This document shows, one piece after another, positions 22,026-31,750 of a DNA stretch of 64,000 nucleotides. The notes under the pieces are model-generated. The model searched no databases, had not been told where the DNA came from, and worked only from the letters and a program-made list of their open reading frames with translations. The first letter of the stretch is position 1, and each line of letters starts with the position of its first letter. The DNA is from an uncultured Thiotrichales bacterium (GTDB taxonomy: Bacteria > Pseudomonadota > Gammaproteobacteria > UWMA-0217): positions 147,750 to 211,749 of the forward strand of contig CAYSFW010000089.1 in assembly GCA_964430355.1 (NCBI GenBank), read 5' to 3'. A program made the translations under genes and the position numbers.

Positions 22026-22773
22026 GTCTCCGCTCATGCTGGGGTGGCTTGGCGTTCGCGCCGCGTTGTTTTGGGTCGTTCTGGCGCTTAGCACGGTGGT
22101 GTACTCGGTGCTTGCGATTGTCCTGATGCCCCTGCCGGCGGATACCCGCTACCGCATCATCATGACCTGGGCGAGCCTCAACATCTGGTGGCTCAAGGTC
22201 GTCTGTGGCGTGAATTACCGCGTCGAGGGGCGGGAGCATTTACCCAAGGGGCCGGCTGTCGTGCTCTCCAAGCACCAGTCTAGCTGGGAGACGCTGGCGT
22301 TTGCCTTCCTGTTTCCCCCGCAGGTGTGGGTGCTCAAGCGCGAGTTGCTGCACATCCCGTTCTTTGGCTGGGGACTCGCGGCCATGTCGCCGATCGCGAT
22401 CGACCGCAAGGCGGGTCGCACCGCAATCGAACAGGTCGTGCGCCAAGGCACCGAGCGCATTCGCGCGGGGCGCTGGGTGGTCGTCTACCCGGAAGGAACG
22501 CGCATGGCGCCTGGCACCAAGGGCCGCTACAAGCTCGGTGGCGCCATCCTCGCCGCGAAGGCCGGCGTGCCCGTCGTGCCAGTTGCCCACAACGCTGGGC
22601 ATTTCTGGCCACGTCACCAGTTCATCAAATGGCCGGGCACGATCACCGTCCGCATTGGGCCGGCCATCGACACGACCGGGCTGTCGCCCGAAGAAATCAA
22701 TGCGCGGGCCGAGGCGTGGATTGAGGCGCAGATGGTGGAACTCGGGCACAACCCGCGCAATCTTCCGACCTGA
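22018..22773 (+). CDS. plsC: 1-acyl-sn-glycerol-3-phosphate acyltransferase
   Basis: SKHQSSWET (HxxxxD/E), YPEGTR, VPVVPVA; ATG 22018 overlaps the gmhB end. Confidence 0.85.
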   Translation: MRESPLMLGWLGVRAALFWVVLALSTVVYSVLAIVLMPLPADTRYRIIMTWASLNIWWLKVVCGVNYRVEGREHLPKGPAVVLSKHQSSWETLAFAFLFPPQVWVLKRELLHIPFFGWGLAAMSPIAIDRKAGRTAIEQVVRQGTERIRAGRWVVVYPEGTRMAPGTKGRYKLGGAILAAKAGVPVVPVAHNAGHFWPRHQFIKWPGTITVRIGPAIDTTGLSPEEINARAEAWIEAQMVELGHNPRNLPT

Positions 22774-22867
22774 AGCCCGCGCTCGTTCATCATCTCTGCT
22801 CTTGTTTCCGGGGTCGGATGCTTTTCACAGCCTCTGAACTGTCCGGCCCGAGTGGATCCGGTCTTTG

Positions 22868-22906
22868 TATAGATCCTTATAAATGTGTTCGATAAGAATT
22901 ATCGAA
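22868..22906. promoter_or_regulatory. AT-rich LysR (CbbR)-type operator upstream of cbbL
   Basis: TATAGATCCTTATA and perfect inverted repeat TTCGATAA-gaa-TTATCGAA in an otherwise GC-rich genome. Assignment to CbbR is inference. Confidence 0.55.
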
Positions 22907-22980
22907 TTGCATTGATTCTGTCGGAACGTATCCTTTGCCGCGTTGATCGCAATTTGAGATTCCAACCCGAGGAACTAGAG

Positions 22981-24402
22981 ATGGCAGTCAAGACCTACAA
23001 CGCTGGCGTCAAAGAGTATCGCCAAACATACTGGATGCCCGAATACACCCCGCTTGATACCGACATCTTGGCGGTATTCAAGATCACTCCGCAGCCCGGC
23101 GTTGACCGCGAAGAGGCCGCTGCCGCGGTTGCTGCCGAGTCCTCGACCGGCACCTGGACCACGGTGTGGACCGACCTGCTGACCGACCTCGACTACTACA
23201 AAGGTCGGGCTTACGCCATCGAGGATGTCCCGGGCGACGACACCTGCTTTTACGCTTTCATTGCCTACCCGATCGACCTGTTCGAAGAGGGCTCGGTTGT
23301 CAACGTGTTCACCTCGCTGGTCGGTAACGTCTTCGGCTTCAAGGCCGTTCGTGCGCTCCGTCTGGAAGACGTGCGCTTCCCTATCGCCTACGTGAAGACC
23401 TGCGGCGGTCCGCCGCACGGTATCCAGGTCGGGCGCGACATCATGAACAAATATGGTCGTCCGCTGCTCGGCTGCACGATCAAACCCAAGCTCGGTCTGT
23501 CGGCGAAGAACTATGGTCGTGCGGTGTATGAGTGCCTGCGCGGGGGGCTCGACTTCACGAAAGACGATGAGAACGTCAACAGCCAGCCCTTCATGCGGTG
23601 GCGCCAGCGTTTCGACTTCGTCATGGAGGCCATCCACAAGGCTGAGCGCGAAACTGGCGAGCGCAAGGGTCACTATCTGAACGTGACCGCACCGACGCCG
23701 GAAGAGATGTACAAGCGCGCCGAATATGCCAAGGAAATCGGTGCGCCGATCATTATGCATGACTACATCACTGGCGGCTTCTGCGCCAACACGGGCCTGG
23801 CCAACTGGTGCCGCGACAACGGCGTGCTGCTGCACATTCACCGTGCAATGCACGCGGTCATCGACCGTAACCCGCACCATGGCATTCACTTCCGAGTGCT
23901 GACCAAGATCCTGCGTCTGTCTGGTGGTGACCACCTGCACACCGGTACCGTGGTGGGTAAGCTTGAGGGCGACCGTGCCTCCACTTTGGGCTGGATCGAC
24001 CTGCTGCGCGAATCCTATGTCAAGGAAGACCGCAGCCGCGGCATCTTCTTCGATCAGGACTGGGGTTCGATGCCGGGTGCGTTTGCCGTGGCTTCCGGTG
24101 GTATCCACGTGTGGCACATGCCGGCGCTGGTCACCATCTTTGGGGATGACTCCGTACTCCAGTTCGGTGGCGGCACGCTGGGCCATCCGTGGGGCAATGC
24201 TGCGGGCGCTGCTGCCAACCGTGTGGCGCTTGAGGCCTGCGTCGAGGCGCGTAACCAAGGCATGCAGCTCGAGAAGGAAGGCAAGGAGATCCTCACCAAG
24301 GCTGCAGCTCACAGCCCAGAGCTGAAGATCGCCATGGAAACCTGGAAAGAGATCAAGTTCGAATTCGACACCGTTGACAAACTGGATGTCGCTCACAAGT
24401 AG
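22981..24402 (+). CDS. cbbL: Rubisco large subunit, form IA
   Basis: [13 protein letters not shown] start after GAGG RBS; [30 protein letters not shown]. Track extension 22885-22980 is promoter sequence. Confidence 0.98.
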   Translation: MAVKTYNAGVKEYRQTYWMPEYTPLDTDILAVFKITPQPGVDREEAAAAVAAESSTGTWTTVWTDLLTDLDYYKGRAYAIEDVPGDDTCFYAFIAYPIDLFEEGSVVNVFTSLVGNVFGFKAVRALRLEDVRFPIAYVKTCGGPPHGIQVGRDIMNKYGRPLLGCTIKPKLGLSAKNYGRAVYECLRGGLDFTKDDENVNSQPFMRWRQRFDFVMEAIHKAERETGERKGHYLNVTAPTPEEMYKRAEYAKEIGAPIIMHDYITGGFCANTGLANWCRDNGVLLHIHRAMHAVIDRNPHHGIHFRVLTKILRLSGGDHLHTGTVVGKLEGDRASTLGWIDLLRESYVKEDRSRGIFFDQDWGSMPGAFAVASGGIHVWHMPALVTIFGDDSVLQFGGGTLGHPWGNAAGAAANRVALEACVEARNQGMQLEKEGKEILTKAAAHSPELKIAMETWKEIKFEFDTVDKLDVAHK

Positions 24403-24499
24403 TGCTGCATTTGTGAGCAGCACGGTCATCCCGGGCGGGCCGGTCGCGGCCCGTGCCGGGACTCAGTAAGCCAGATACCGACTTGAAAGGAACCCTTCT

Positions 24500-24853
24500 A
24501 TGAGTATGCAAGACTACAAATCGCGCCTCTCCGACCCGAGCAGTCGCAAGTTCGAAACCTTCTCCTACCTGCCGGCCATGAGTGAAGCGGACATCCGCAA
24601 GCAGGTGGAATACATCGTCAAGAAAGGCTGGAACCCCGCGATCGAGCACACCGAGCCAGAGCACGCGTTCGACCACTACTGGTACATGTGGAAGTTGCCG
24701 ATGTTCGGCGAGACCGATGTCGACAAGATCCTCGCGGAAGCTGAGGCCTGTCATAAAGCCAACCCGAACAACCACGTGCGCCTGGTTGGCTACGACAATT
24801 TCTCCCAGTCCAAGGGTGCCGAGATGGTGATCTACCGCGGCAAGCCCGTCTGA
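24500..24853 (+). CDS. cbbS: Rubisco small subunit, form IA (IAq-like)
   Basis: [22 protein letters not shown]; long N-terminus [18 protein letters not shown]. Confidence 0.97.
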   Translation: MSMQDYKSRLSDPSSRKFETFSYLPAMSEADIRKQVEYIVKKGWNPAIEHTEPEHAFDHYWYMWKLPMFGETDVDKILAEAEACHKANPNNHVRLVGYDNFSQSKGAEMVIYRGKPV

Positions 24854-24876
24854 TCGGCGCGGCGGACGGACACACC

Positions 24877-24916
24877 GGCCCCCGTCGCGCGCTGGCGTGG
24901 CGGGGGCCTTTTGTTT
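24877..24916 (+). terminator. Intrinsic terminator/attenuator between cbbS and cbbQ
   Basis: GGCCCCCGTCGCGC-gctg-GCGTGGCGGGGGCC followed by TTTTGTTT. Confidence 0.7.
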
Positions 24917-25006
24917 GTGTCGGTTGGCCGTCAGGTCGCCGTCCGGCGTGAAAGGTGCCGGTCTGAAGTCCAACCAACACGCACCTGACTGATTTGAGGA
25001 ATGTTC

Positions 25007-25810
25007 ATGGCCAGTATCATCGACCAGTACCGCATCACCAAAGAACCCTACTATCGCCCCGTTGCCGACGAGGTGGAACTCTTCGAGGCCGCCTACTCCG
25101 TGCGCATGCCCATGATGCTCAAGGGGCCGACGGGCTGCGGCAAGACCCGATTCGTCGAATACATGGCCTACAAGCTCGGCAAGCCGCTCATCACGGTGGC
25201 GTGTAACGAGGATATGACCGCGTCGGACCTGGTCGGCCGCTTTCTGCTGTCCGCGTCGGGAACCGAATGGCAGGACGGACCGCTTGCGATTGCGGCGCGG
25301 TACGGCGCCATCTGCTACCTCGACGAGGTAGTCGAGGCGCGCCAGGACACCACCGTCGTCATCCACCCGCTCACTGACAACCGCCGCGTCCTGCCCCTGG
25401 AGAAAAAGGGTGAACTGGTCCATGCCCACCCAGACTTCCAGATCGTCATCAGCTACAACCCGGGCTACCAGTCACTGATGAAGGACCTGAAGCAGTCCAC
25501 CAAGCAGCGCTTCGGCGGGCTCGACTTCACCTACCCCGACCACGCCATCGAGACTGAGATTGTCGCCCATGAATCCGGTGTAGATGCCGGTATCGCGGGT
25601 AAACTGGTGTCCATTGCTGAGCGCTCCCGCAACCTCAAAGGTCACGGACTGGACGAGGGGCTGTCGACCCGCATGCTGATCTATGCCGGCAGCCTGATCG
25701 CCAAGGGCGTCCAGCCACAAGCAGCGTGTCGGGTTGCCCTGGTGCGCCCAATCACGGACGACCCCGACATGCGCGATGCCTTGGATGCTGCGGTTTCGAC
25801 GTTCTTCTGA
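25007..25810 (+). CDS. cbbQ: Rubisco activase AAA+ subunit
   Basis: [44 protein letters not shown]. Start 25001 or 25007. Confidence 0.95.
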   Translation: MASIIDQYRITKEPYYRPVADEVELFEAAYSVRMPMMLKGPTGCGKTRFVEYMAYKLGKPLITVACNEDMTASDLVGRFLLSASGTEWQDGPLAIAARYGAICYLDEVVEARQDTTVVIHPLTDNRRVLPLEKKGELVHAHPDFQIVISYNPGYQSLMKDLKQSTKQRFGGLDFTYPDHAIETEIVAHESGVDAGIAGKLVSIAERSRNLKGHGLDEGLSTRMLIYAGSLIAKGVQPQAACRVALVRPITDDPDMRDALDAAVSTFF

Positions 25811-25913
25811 CTGTAGCGGGCGGTCGGGCCGATCGGTCATGATCTACTGTGTGGATTGCCGCCCGGGCTTCTACCGCGGCGGCTGACCGGCCTCACATAC
25901 AAGGTTGCGCACC

Positions 25914-28259
25914 ATGTCCATCCAACTCGAAGACTACGCTGAACTGCTGGAGGGGCTCTCCGAGCACAGTCAGGCCGCGCTGCTTGCCAATTGGCACGAA
26001 GCGACGAAGACGCTCTCGCCGCGGGGGCTCGACAACTATCTCAAAGGTGTGTCGGCTATCCGTGGACTCGGTCGGGGAGATTCGCTGGTGGAGACCTGGA
26101 TCGAGCAGGCTCCGATGGTGGCCAAGGAGGTAGGCGAGGATGTGGTGAGCGATCTAGCGACGGCTTCGCTGATGCTGGCCTCCAAGACATCCGGCGCAGT
26201 CATCGAACTGCTGCTGGCCACCGCACCGACCGCTGCCAACCGGCTGGGCGATGCCGAGCTGTTCCGCAAGTACCTGCAGTTTATCAATACCCTCATCGCG
26301 CAGGCACCACGTGGCGTGCGCCCGATGCTCGACAAGCTCGAGGTACTCTTTCAGAACCTCACCCTCGGTGGGCTACGCCGCTGGGCGATGTGGGGCGCAC
26401 ATGCCCACCGCACGAATTACGAAGAGCAGATCAAGTACTTTGGACTGGAGACCAAAGAGTCTCTGGCGATGCTGCAAAAGGAACGCAAGGGAACGCTGCT
26501 GGTGGACGTGCAGCGGCGCATCAACATGTACCTGCGCGCGCTCTGGGCGCGGGACTTTTTCATGCGGCCCACGGCGGGTGACTATGAAACGCGCGAGGGT
26601 CTCAAGCCCTACATCGAGGATTACCTGCTGCACCTGCCGGATGCCTACGATGACTTTGCGCCCGAGGGCCACGAGGCCGTTCCGGGGCTCGAGCTTTACC
26701 GCGCCGCAGCTGCGCACTGCGCCGCGCACGTGGTCGAAACGCGCCAGCCGATCTCCGCAGAGGGACTCAATCCGATGCAGATGGCGGTCATTTCGGCCAT
26801 CGAGGATGCGCGCGTCGAGACCCTGTCCGTACGCCGCTTTCCCGGGTTGAAAGCGCTGTGGCGCAAGCTGCACGTTGTCACACCGGAGCGCAGTGCCAGC
26901 ATTGGCGATTATCTGGACCGGCTGGCCCGCGCGCTACTCGACGACACCTATCGGGACGACGACCCGTGGATCATGCAGGGTCGGGAGCTTTTCACGAAAG
27001 CTATGTCGGAAAATCGTCTCGGCGACAACCGCACGTCCTGGGAAATTGGTGTGACGCTAGCGCACACGCTCAAGGATAAGGGCATCGCCTTCAATCCGCG
27101 CAAGGACGTGCTCTCCGCCCCCTACCGCGACGACAATCGTTACTTCTGGGAGTTTCAGGAATTCGACTTCGAAAAGGCCGCAGCCGCGGGCTACGAAAGG
27201 GTCAAGCAGGTACGCAAGTACGTGACCCTGATGGAAATGGTCAACGAGGTCGACAACGAGCTGGCCTCCGACGACGCGCAGGAGATCTGGGTGCTGCCCA
27301 CCGAGTTCTACCTCGACCAGGAGGGTGTGACCATTAACTCTCTCGAGGGTAAGGAGCCCGTTTCCGAGCCTGTGCACTATGCGGAGTGGGATTACCAGAT
27401 CCAGCTCGAGCGTCCGGCGTGGGTGACGGTGTACGAAAAGCGCGCGAAGCTCGGTGACCTGCAGCTCATCAACGACATCACCAGTCAGTACAAGCGCGAA
27501 ATCTACCGCATGAAGTTTCTGCTCGATGCGATGCAGCCCCAAGGTGTGCAGCGTATCCGCAAACTCGAGGATGGTGACGAGATCGACATCAACGCGGCCA
27601 TCGTCAGCTTTACGGACATCCGTCTCGGCAACCAGCCCGACCCGCGCATCATGATGCGCAGCGTGCGCAAGACGCGCGACTTTTCCATTCTGGTGCTGCT
27701 CGACCTCTCCGAGTCCACCAATGATCTCGTACAGGGACAGGATTACTCCGTGCTTGACCTCACGCGCCGTGCCTGTGTGTTACTCAGCGACGCCATTAGC
27801 AAGGTCGGCGACCCGTTTGCCATTCACGGCTTCTGCTCGGATGGCAGGCACGATGTGGAGTACTACCGCTTCAAGGACTTTGACCAGCATTGGGATGAAG
27901 AGCCCAAAGCGAAACTGGCGGGGATGACCGGTCAGCTCTCCACGCGCATGGGCGCGGCCATTCGCCACGCAGGGCATCACCTGAGGCTGCAGCGTTCGGC
28001 CAAGAAGCTATTGATCGTCATTACCGACGGGGAGCCGGCCGACATCGACGTGCGCGATCCCCAGTACCTGCGCTACGACACCAAAAAGGCGGTTGAGGAG
28101 GTGGGTAAATTTGGGGTCGTCACGTACTGCATGAGCCTCGACCCGCGAGCCGATAACTATGTCAGCCGCATCTTTGGGCAAAAGAATTACATGGTCGTGG
28201 ACCACGTACAGCGGTTGCCCGAGAAGCTCCCGCTCTTGTACGCTGGTTTGACGCGTTGA
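25914..28259 (+). CDS. cbbO: Rubisco activase adaptor, vWA-domain protein
   Basis: C-terminal vWA with MIDAS (LLDLSES...STRMGAAIRHA...TDGEP); follows cbbQ. Confidence 0.93.
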   Translation: MSIQLEDYAELLEGLSEHSQAALLANWHEATKTLSPRGLDNYLKGVSAIRGLGRGDSLVETWIEQAPMVAKEVGEDVVSDLATASLMLASKTSGAVIELLLATAPTAANRLGDAELFRKYLQFINTLIAQAPRGVRPMLDKLEVLFQNLTLGGLRRWAMWGAHAHRTNYEEQIKYFGLETKESLAMLQKERKGTLLVDVQRRINMYLRALWARDFFMRPTAGDYETREGLKPYIEDYLLHLPDAYDDFAPEGHEAVPGLELYRAAAAHCAAHVVETRQPISAEGLNPMQMAVISAIEDARVETLSVRRFPGLKALWRKLHVVTPERSASIGDYLDRLARALLDDTYRDDDPWIMQGRELFTKAMSENRLGDNRTSWEIGVTLAHTLKDKGIAFNPRKDVLSAPYRDDNRYFWEFQEFDFEKAAAAGYERVKQVRKYVTLMEMVNEVDNELASDDAQEIWVLPTEFYLDQEGVTINSLEGKEPVSEPVHYAEWDYQIQLERPAWVTVYEKRAKLGDLQLINDITSQYKREIYRMKFLLDAMQPQGVQRIRKLEDGDEIDINAAIVSFTDIRLGNQPDPRIMMRSVRKTRDFSILVLLDLSESTNDLVQGQDYSVLDLTRRACVLLSDAISKVGDPFAIHGFCSDGRHDVEYYRFKDFDQHWDEEPKAKLAGMTGQLSTRMGAAIRHAGHHLRLQRSAKKLLIVITDGEPADIDVRDPQYLRYDTKKAVEEVGKFGVVTYCMSLDPRADNYVSRIFGQKNYMVVDHVQRLPEKLPLLYAGLTR

Positions 28260-28355
28260 TTTGTCCGAGAAAACGCATTTGGCTGGCTGTCGGCGATGGA
28301 GCTTGCTTGGCGCGTGACCGCTGCCGCGCGAACCACCCAGGAACCGGACGAGAGT

Positions 28356-28655
28356 ATGAAAGACCCCACTTATGTTGGCTTCAATAACGACAAGCACGGC
28401 ATCACCCAACTCGGACGTATCGTGCTCGACGGATGGCTGTTTGGGTTGATCCCCGAGGCCGAGGATTGCAGTGGTTGGGAGATCGGGCGGATGCAAAACC
28501 TCATGGAGCGCGTGCAGGCCGAGTGGGACAAGTACGGCGGGTTACCTAGCCTGTTGCCGGAAGATCTGCGCACGCGCCACGCCGAGATTTACGACCGCGC
28601 GTTGAAACTCGCCCGGGCCAAGGGCTGGGACCCCGAACTCGGCGACGAAGACTGA
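28356..28655 (+). CDS. Conserved-looking hypothetical protein (99 aa) downstream of cbbO
   Basis: High G/C third-position codon usage; W-rich sequence ending ARAKGWDPELGDED; no family recognised. Confidence 0.65.
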   Translation: MKDPTYVGFNNDKHGITQLGRIVLDGWLFGLIPEAEDCSGWEIGRMQNLMERVQAEWDKYGGLPSLLPEDLRTRHAEIYDRALKLARAKGWDPELGDED

Positions 28656-29055
28656 CCGCGCGCGGCGCGTAGCCTCCTGTGCTGCGCGCTCAGCCAAGGC
28701 AAGTTCCTCCAGTCATACGCGGCGCCGATTCCTGGCGGTAAGGCGGCGCCGAAGATTGCCTGAACCCCGTCACCAACCGAGCCCCGCAGCGTTCGCCCCA
28801 CGCTTCGGCCGGTGGAATCTGCAGCCGTCCTGAATTTCGGCCCGTCCCCCCAGGCCCTTGGTGCAACCTGTCAGCGTCGTCGCCGACCGAGGCTGCACCG
28901 GCTTCCCGGTAATCTCACCCCACTATCTGCACCGGCGCCCAGATACTGGTGCCGATCCACCTTGGGTAACGTCATGAATCTCGCTAGTTACCCCGTGGCA
29001 GCCTTCAAAAGCCCGGTGTGTGTGAGCCCAGTCCGAATTCAGTGCGGCTGAATAA

Positions 29056-29109
29056 ACTTTAATTAAAGTAAATCATAAACAACAAAAATTATTGTTTATG
29101 GCTATAGCC
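29056..29109. promoter_or_regulatory. Palindrome-rich operator upstream of the dab operon
   Basis: ACTTTAATTAAAGT (29056-69), CATAAACAA-N9-TTGTTTATG (29074-100) and GGCTATAGCC (29100-09). Confidence 0.6.
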
Positions 29110-29322
29110 GCTACCATAAACGGGCCATTGTCAAATGTCTTGATGAGCCCGAGCTGTGAAGCTTGTCCGCAATACTTGTCACTCGCTACCGAACCAAGAC
29201 GGGCTCTGCCTGTTTCTGGGCGAGGGCGGAGTCAACGTCGCCGAGCGCCTCGAGCCTCAGGGGCGTGAGCCGCGTGGTGTCCCGGGCACACCAGCTGGCA
29301 CGGCCGGGAGGAGGAGGGGAGC

Positions 29323-31005
29323 GTGCCGGTCTTAGCCCTATTGCTCCTCGCCTCACCGCTGGTATCGGCTGTACTCATCACGCTACTGGCTGGTCGGCTG
29401 GCAGACCGCAAACCTATTATCGCGCGAGTGAGCGTCGGCTGCGCGTTGCTCACCAGTCTCGCCGCCAAGGGTATGCTGGCGATGAGGGTGCTCAATCAAG
29501 AAGCACAGACCGTCGATGCAGGGCTGGGCGATCTCTATCTGGATCCCCTGGCTGGCGTCATGGTCGTCGTCGTGGCGGCCATCAGTCTCGTGGTGCATAT
29601 CTACTCGGTCCGCTACATGGCAGAAGAGGCTGGATATGCGCGCTTTTTCGCGCTGCTCGACCTGATGACCTTCACCATCCTGCTGATGGTCACAGCAGGG
29701 GATCTCATCACCTTGCTGCTTGCCTGGCACCTCGTGGGCGTGCTGCTGTACTTCCTGCTCGGTCACGATCTGCAGCGCGCCGAACCACAGCGCTACGCCT
29801 TGCGGGCGCTGATCACCTACCGGCTCGGTGACCTTCCGTTGGTCCTTGCGGCACTGCTGCTGTACGACGCCTATGCGACGCTGTCGCTGCCGGATCTGTT
29901 TGCGCGGGTGGCCGCGGCGCCCCTTCAGCCGACCGTATTCGATCTGCCCATCGCACCTACGGTGGCCCTGCTCGTCGCGCTTGCAGCCTTTGCCCGATCG
30001 GCACAGGTCCCCCTGCACATCTGGCTACCCTACACAATGGAAGGGCCGACCCCGGTTTCTGCCCTTATGCATGCTGGTATTGTCAATGCCGGCGGTTATC
30101 TGCTCAACCGCTTCGCACCAGTTTACGTCCATGCCGGTGAGGTGTTGCACCTGGTGTTTGCCGTTGGTCTGATCACGGCCATATTGGGGTCGATGCTCAT
30201 GTTGACGCAGAACGACGTCAAAAAGGCGCTGGGTTACTCGACGATGGGGCAGATGGGCTTCATGTTTGTAGAGGTCGGGGTAGGGGCCTTCTCCCTTGCC
30301 ATCTATCACCTGATTGCGCACGGTTTGTTCAAGGGCACCCTGTTTTTGGGGGCAGGTGGCGTCATCGGTGAGGCGCGCCGGGCCGATGGCGTGCCTCACG
30401 ACGAGGTGTACGCCTTCGTGGTCCAGAAGCGACCGGCGGCGTCCAGGCTACCTTGGCTGCTGGCGGCGGGTATCACGGTCGTCGTACCCCTCTTGTTGCT
30501 GGGCTTGACGCGATGGCTGCTCGGTGGTGGCTTCGTCGGTGAGCAGGGCGCCATCATCCTGCTTTTTTTCGGTTGGGTGACTGGCGCCCAGTTATTGTTC
30601 GCCACCCACCGCCTCGAGGCCGAAAATCCCTGGCGGGTGATGGGCCTGAACATCCTCTCCCTCGCCGTCGTCGTCGCGGGCTACACGTTCATGGAACACG
30701 CCTTCGGGTACTTCCTGTACCCGGACAGAGACCTTGCCGAGGCGCTGTACGCGGCGGCGAGTATTCCGGCCCCCGTCTTTTATGGGCTGGTGGCGGTCGT
30801 CACGCTACTGATCGTGCTCGGTTGGATCGGGACGTTCTACGGCATGGCCAGTCGTGGTGCACGGACCGAGGAAACCTCGCGTCTGCGGCTCGGCGTTTAC
30901 TCGCTCGTATCCCGCGAGTTCTACGTTGCCGACCTTCACGACTGGCTGACGCGATCTCTGCTCGCTGTGTCGCGGCGGCTGAACTTATGGTCGAGGTGGA
31001 TTTGA
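29323..31005 (+). CDS. dabB: DAB/DAC inorganic-carbon pump membrane subunit (NuoL/MrpA-like)
   Basis: ARSAQVPLHIWLP, EGPTPVSALMHAG, KKALGYSTMGQMG, HLIAHGLFKG; upstream of a DUF2309 gene. Confidence 0.85.
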   Translation: MPVLALLLLASPLVSAVLITLLAGRLADRKPIIARVSVGCALLTSLAAKGMLAMRVLNQEAQTVDAGLGDLYLDPLAGVMVVVVAAISLVVHIYSVRYMAEEAGYARFFALLDLMTFTILLMVTAGDLITLLLAWHLVGVLLYFLLGHDLQRAEPQRYALRALITYRLGDLPLVLAALLLYDAYATLSLPDLFARVAAAPLQPTVFDLPIAPTVALLVALAAFARSAQVPLHIWLPYTMEGPTPVSALMHAGIVNAGGYLLNRFAPVYVHAGEVLHLVFAVGLITAILGSMLMLTQNDVKKALGYSTMGQMGFMFVEVGVGAFSLAIYHLIAHGLFKGTLFLGAGGVIGEARRADGVPHDEVYAFVVQKRPAASRLPWLLAAGITVVVPLLLLGLTRWLLGGGFVGEQGAIILLFFGWVTGAQLLFATHRLEAENPWRVMGLNILSLAVVVAGYTFMEHAFGYFLYPDRDLAEALYAAASIPAPVFYGLVAVVTLLIVLGWIGTFYGMASRGARTEETSRLRLGVYSLVSREFYVADLHDWLTRSLLAVSRRLNLWSRWI

Positions 31006-31006
31006 G

Positions 31007-31750
31007 ATGGCAGCGCTGATTGCATCCGGCCTGTTCCTGTCGCTCTACCCGCTGAGCGTCGTTTTGGGTGCGGTACATGCCCGCACGCGCTTGCCCGTCG
31101 CTCGCTTTGCCTTGCTGCTGCTCTGGCCTCAACTTGGCGTGTTGCTGGTGAATGTGGGGGCGACTCCCGTTCCCCAATGGCTAGTGGCTTGGGCGTTGGC
31201 GACTTCTGGATTCTATGCCCTGCGATTACTCACCGTCCGGGAACTTGCGCGCTACGCCGCCACATTCGCCGCATCCGCAGCGCCACTGGCCTGGGGACTA
31301 GCCGGAGGCGGTGCGGATACAGTGTCTGTTTCCCTATTTACGCTGTCGCTGACGCTGCCGATCGCCATGCTCAACCTACTCGAGGGCGCGATTTCGCGGC
31401 GTTTTGGTGCCGCCCATGCTTCGGTCAGTGTCGGCCTGGCCAGCGCGGCCCCGAGACTGGCCACGATGCTGTCCCTCGTCGTGCTGGCAGCAGCGGCGAC
31501 ACCGCCGTTTCCCGGCTTTTTCGCTATGCTGGCTCTGCTAACCCACCTGGAATGGCCAGCCAGTCTGGCCGCCCTCGGCATCTGGTTCATTTGGGGCTGG
31601 GCAGCGGCCGGTCTGTTTAAGCACCTCGTCGCTGGCTTGCCCCGTCAGGACAACGTCGACGATCTGAGCGTTAGTGCGAGTTGGCTGTCGGCCAGCGTGC
31701 TGACGGCGATGGCTTTGGCCACCCTTTATCTGGCGGGGCCAGTCGGATGA
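31007..31750 (+). CDS. Small antiporter-like membrane subunit of a three-component DAC
   Basis: Highly hydrophobic; TPPFPGF motif resembling the NuoM/N C-terminal half; translationally coupled to both neighbours. Confidence 0.65.
   Translation: MAALIASGLFLSLYPLSVVLGAVHARTRLPVARFALLLLWPQLGVLLVNVGATPVPQWLVAWALATSGFYALRLLTVRELARYAATFAASAAPLAWGLAGGGADTVSVSLFTLSLTLPIAMLNLLEGAISRRFGAAHASVSVGLASAAPRLATMLSLVVLAAAATPPFPGFFAMLALLTHLEWPASLAALGIWFIWGWAAAGLFKHLVAGLPRQDNVDDLSVSASWLSASVLTAMALATLYLAGPVG

Noticed and set aside
22885-22980. 32-aa N-terminal extension of CbbL in the ORF track
   Set aside because: It covers the AT-rich operator, and the canonical MAVKTY start has its own RBS at 22981.
29296-29312. 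TGGCAC resembling a sigma54 -24 element before dabB
   Set aside because: No GC at the -12 position (GG-N10-AG).
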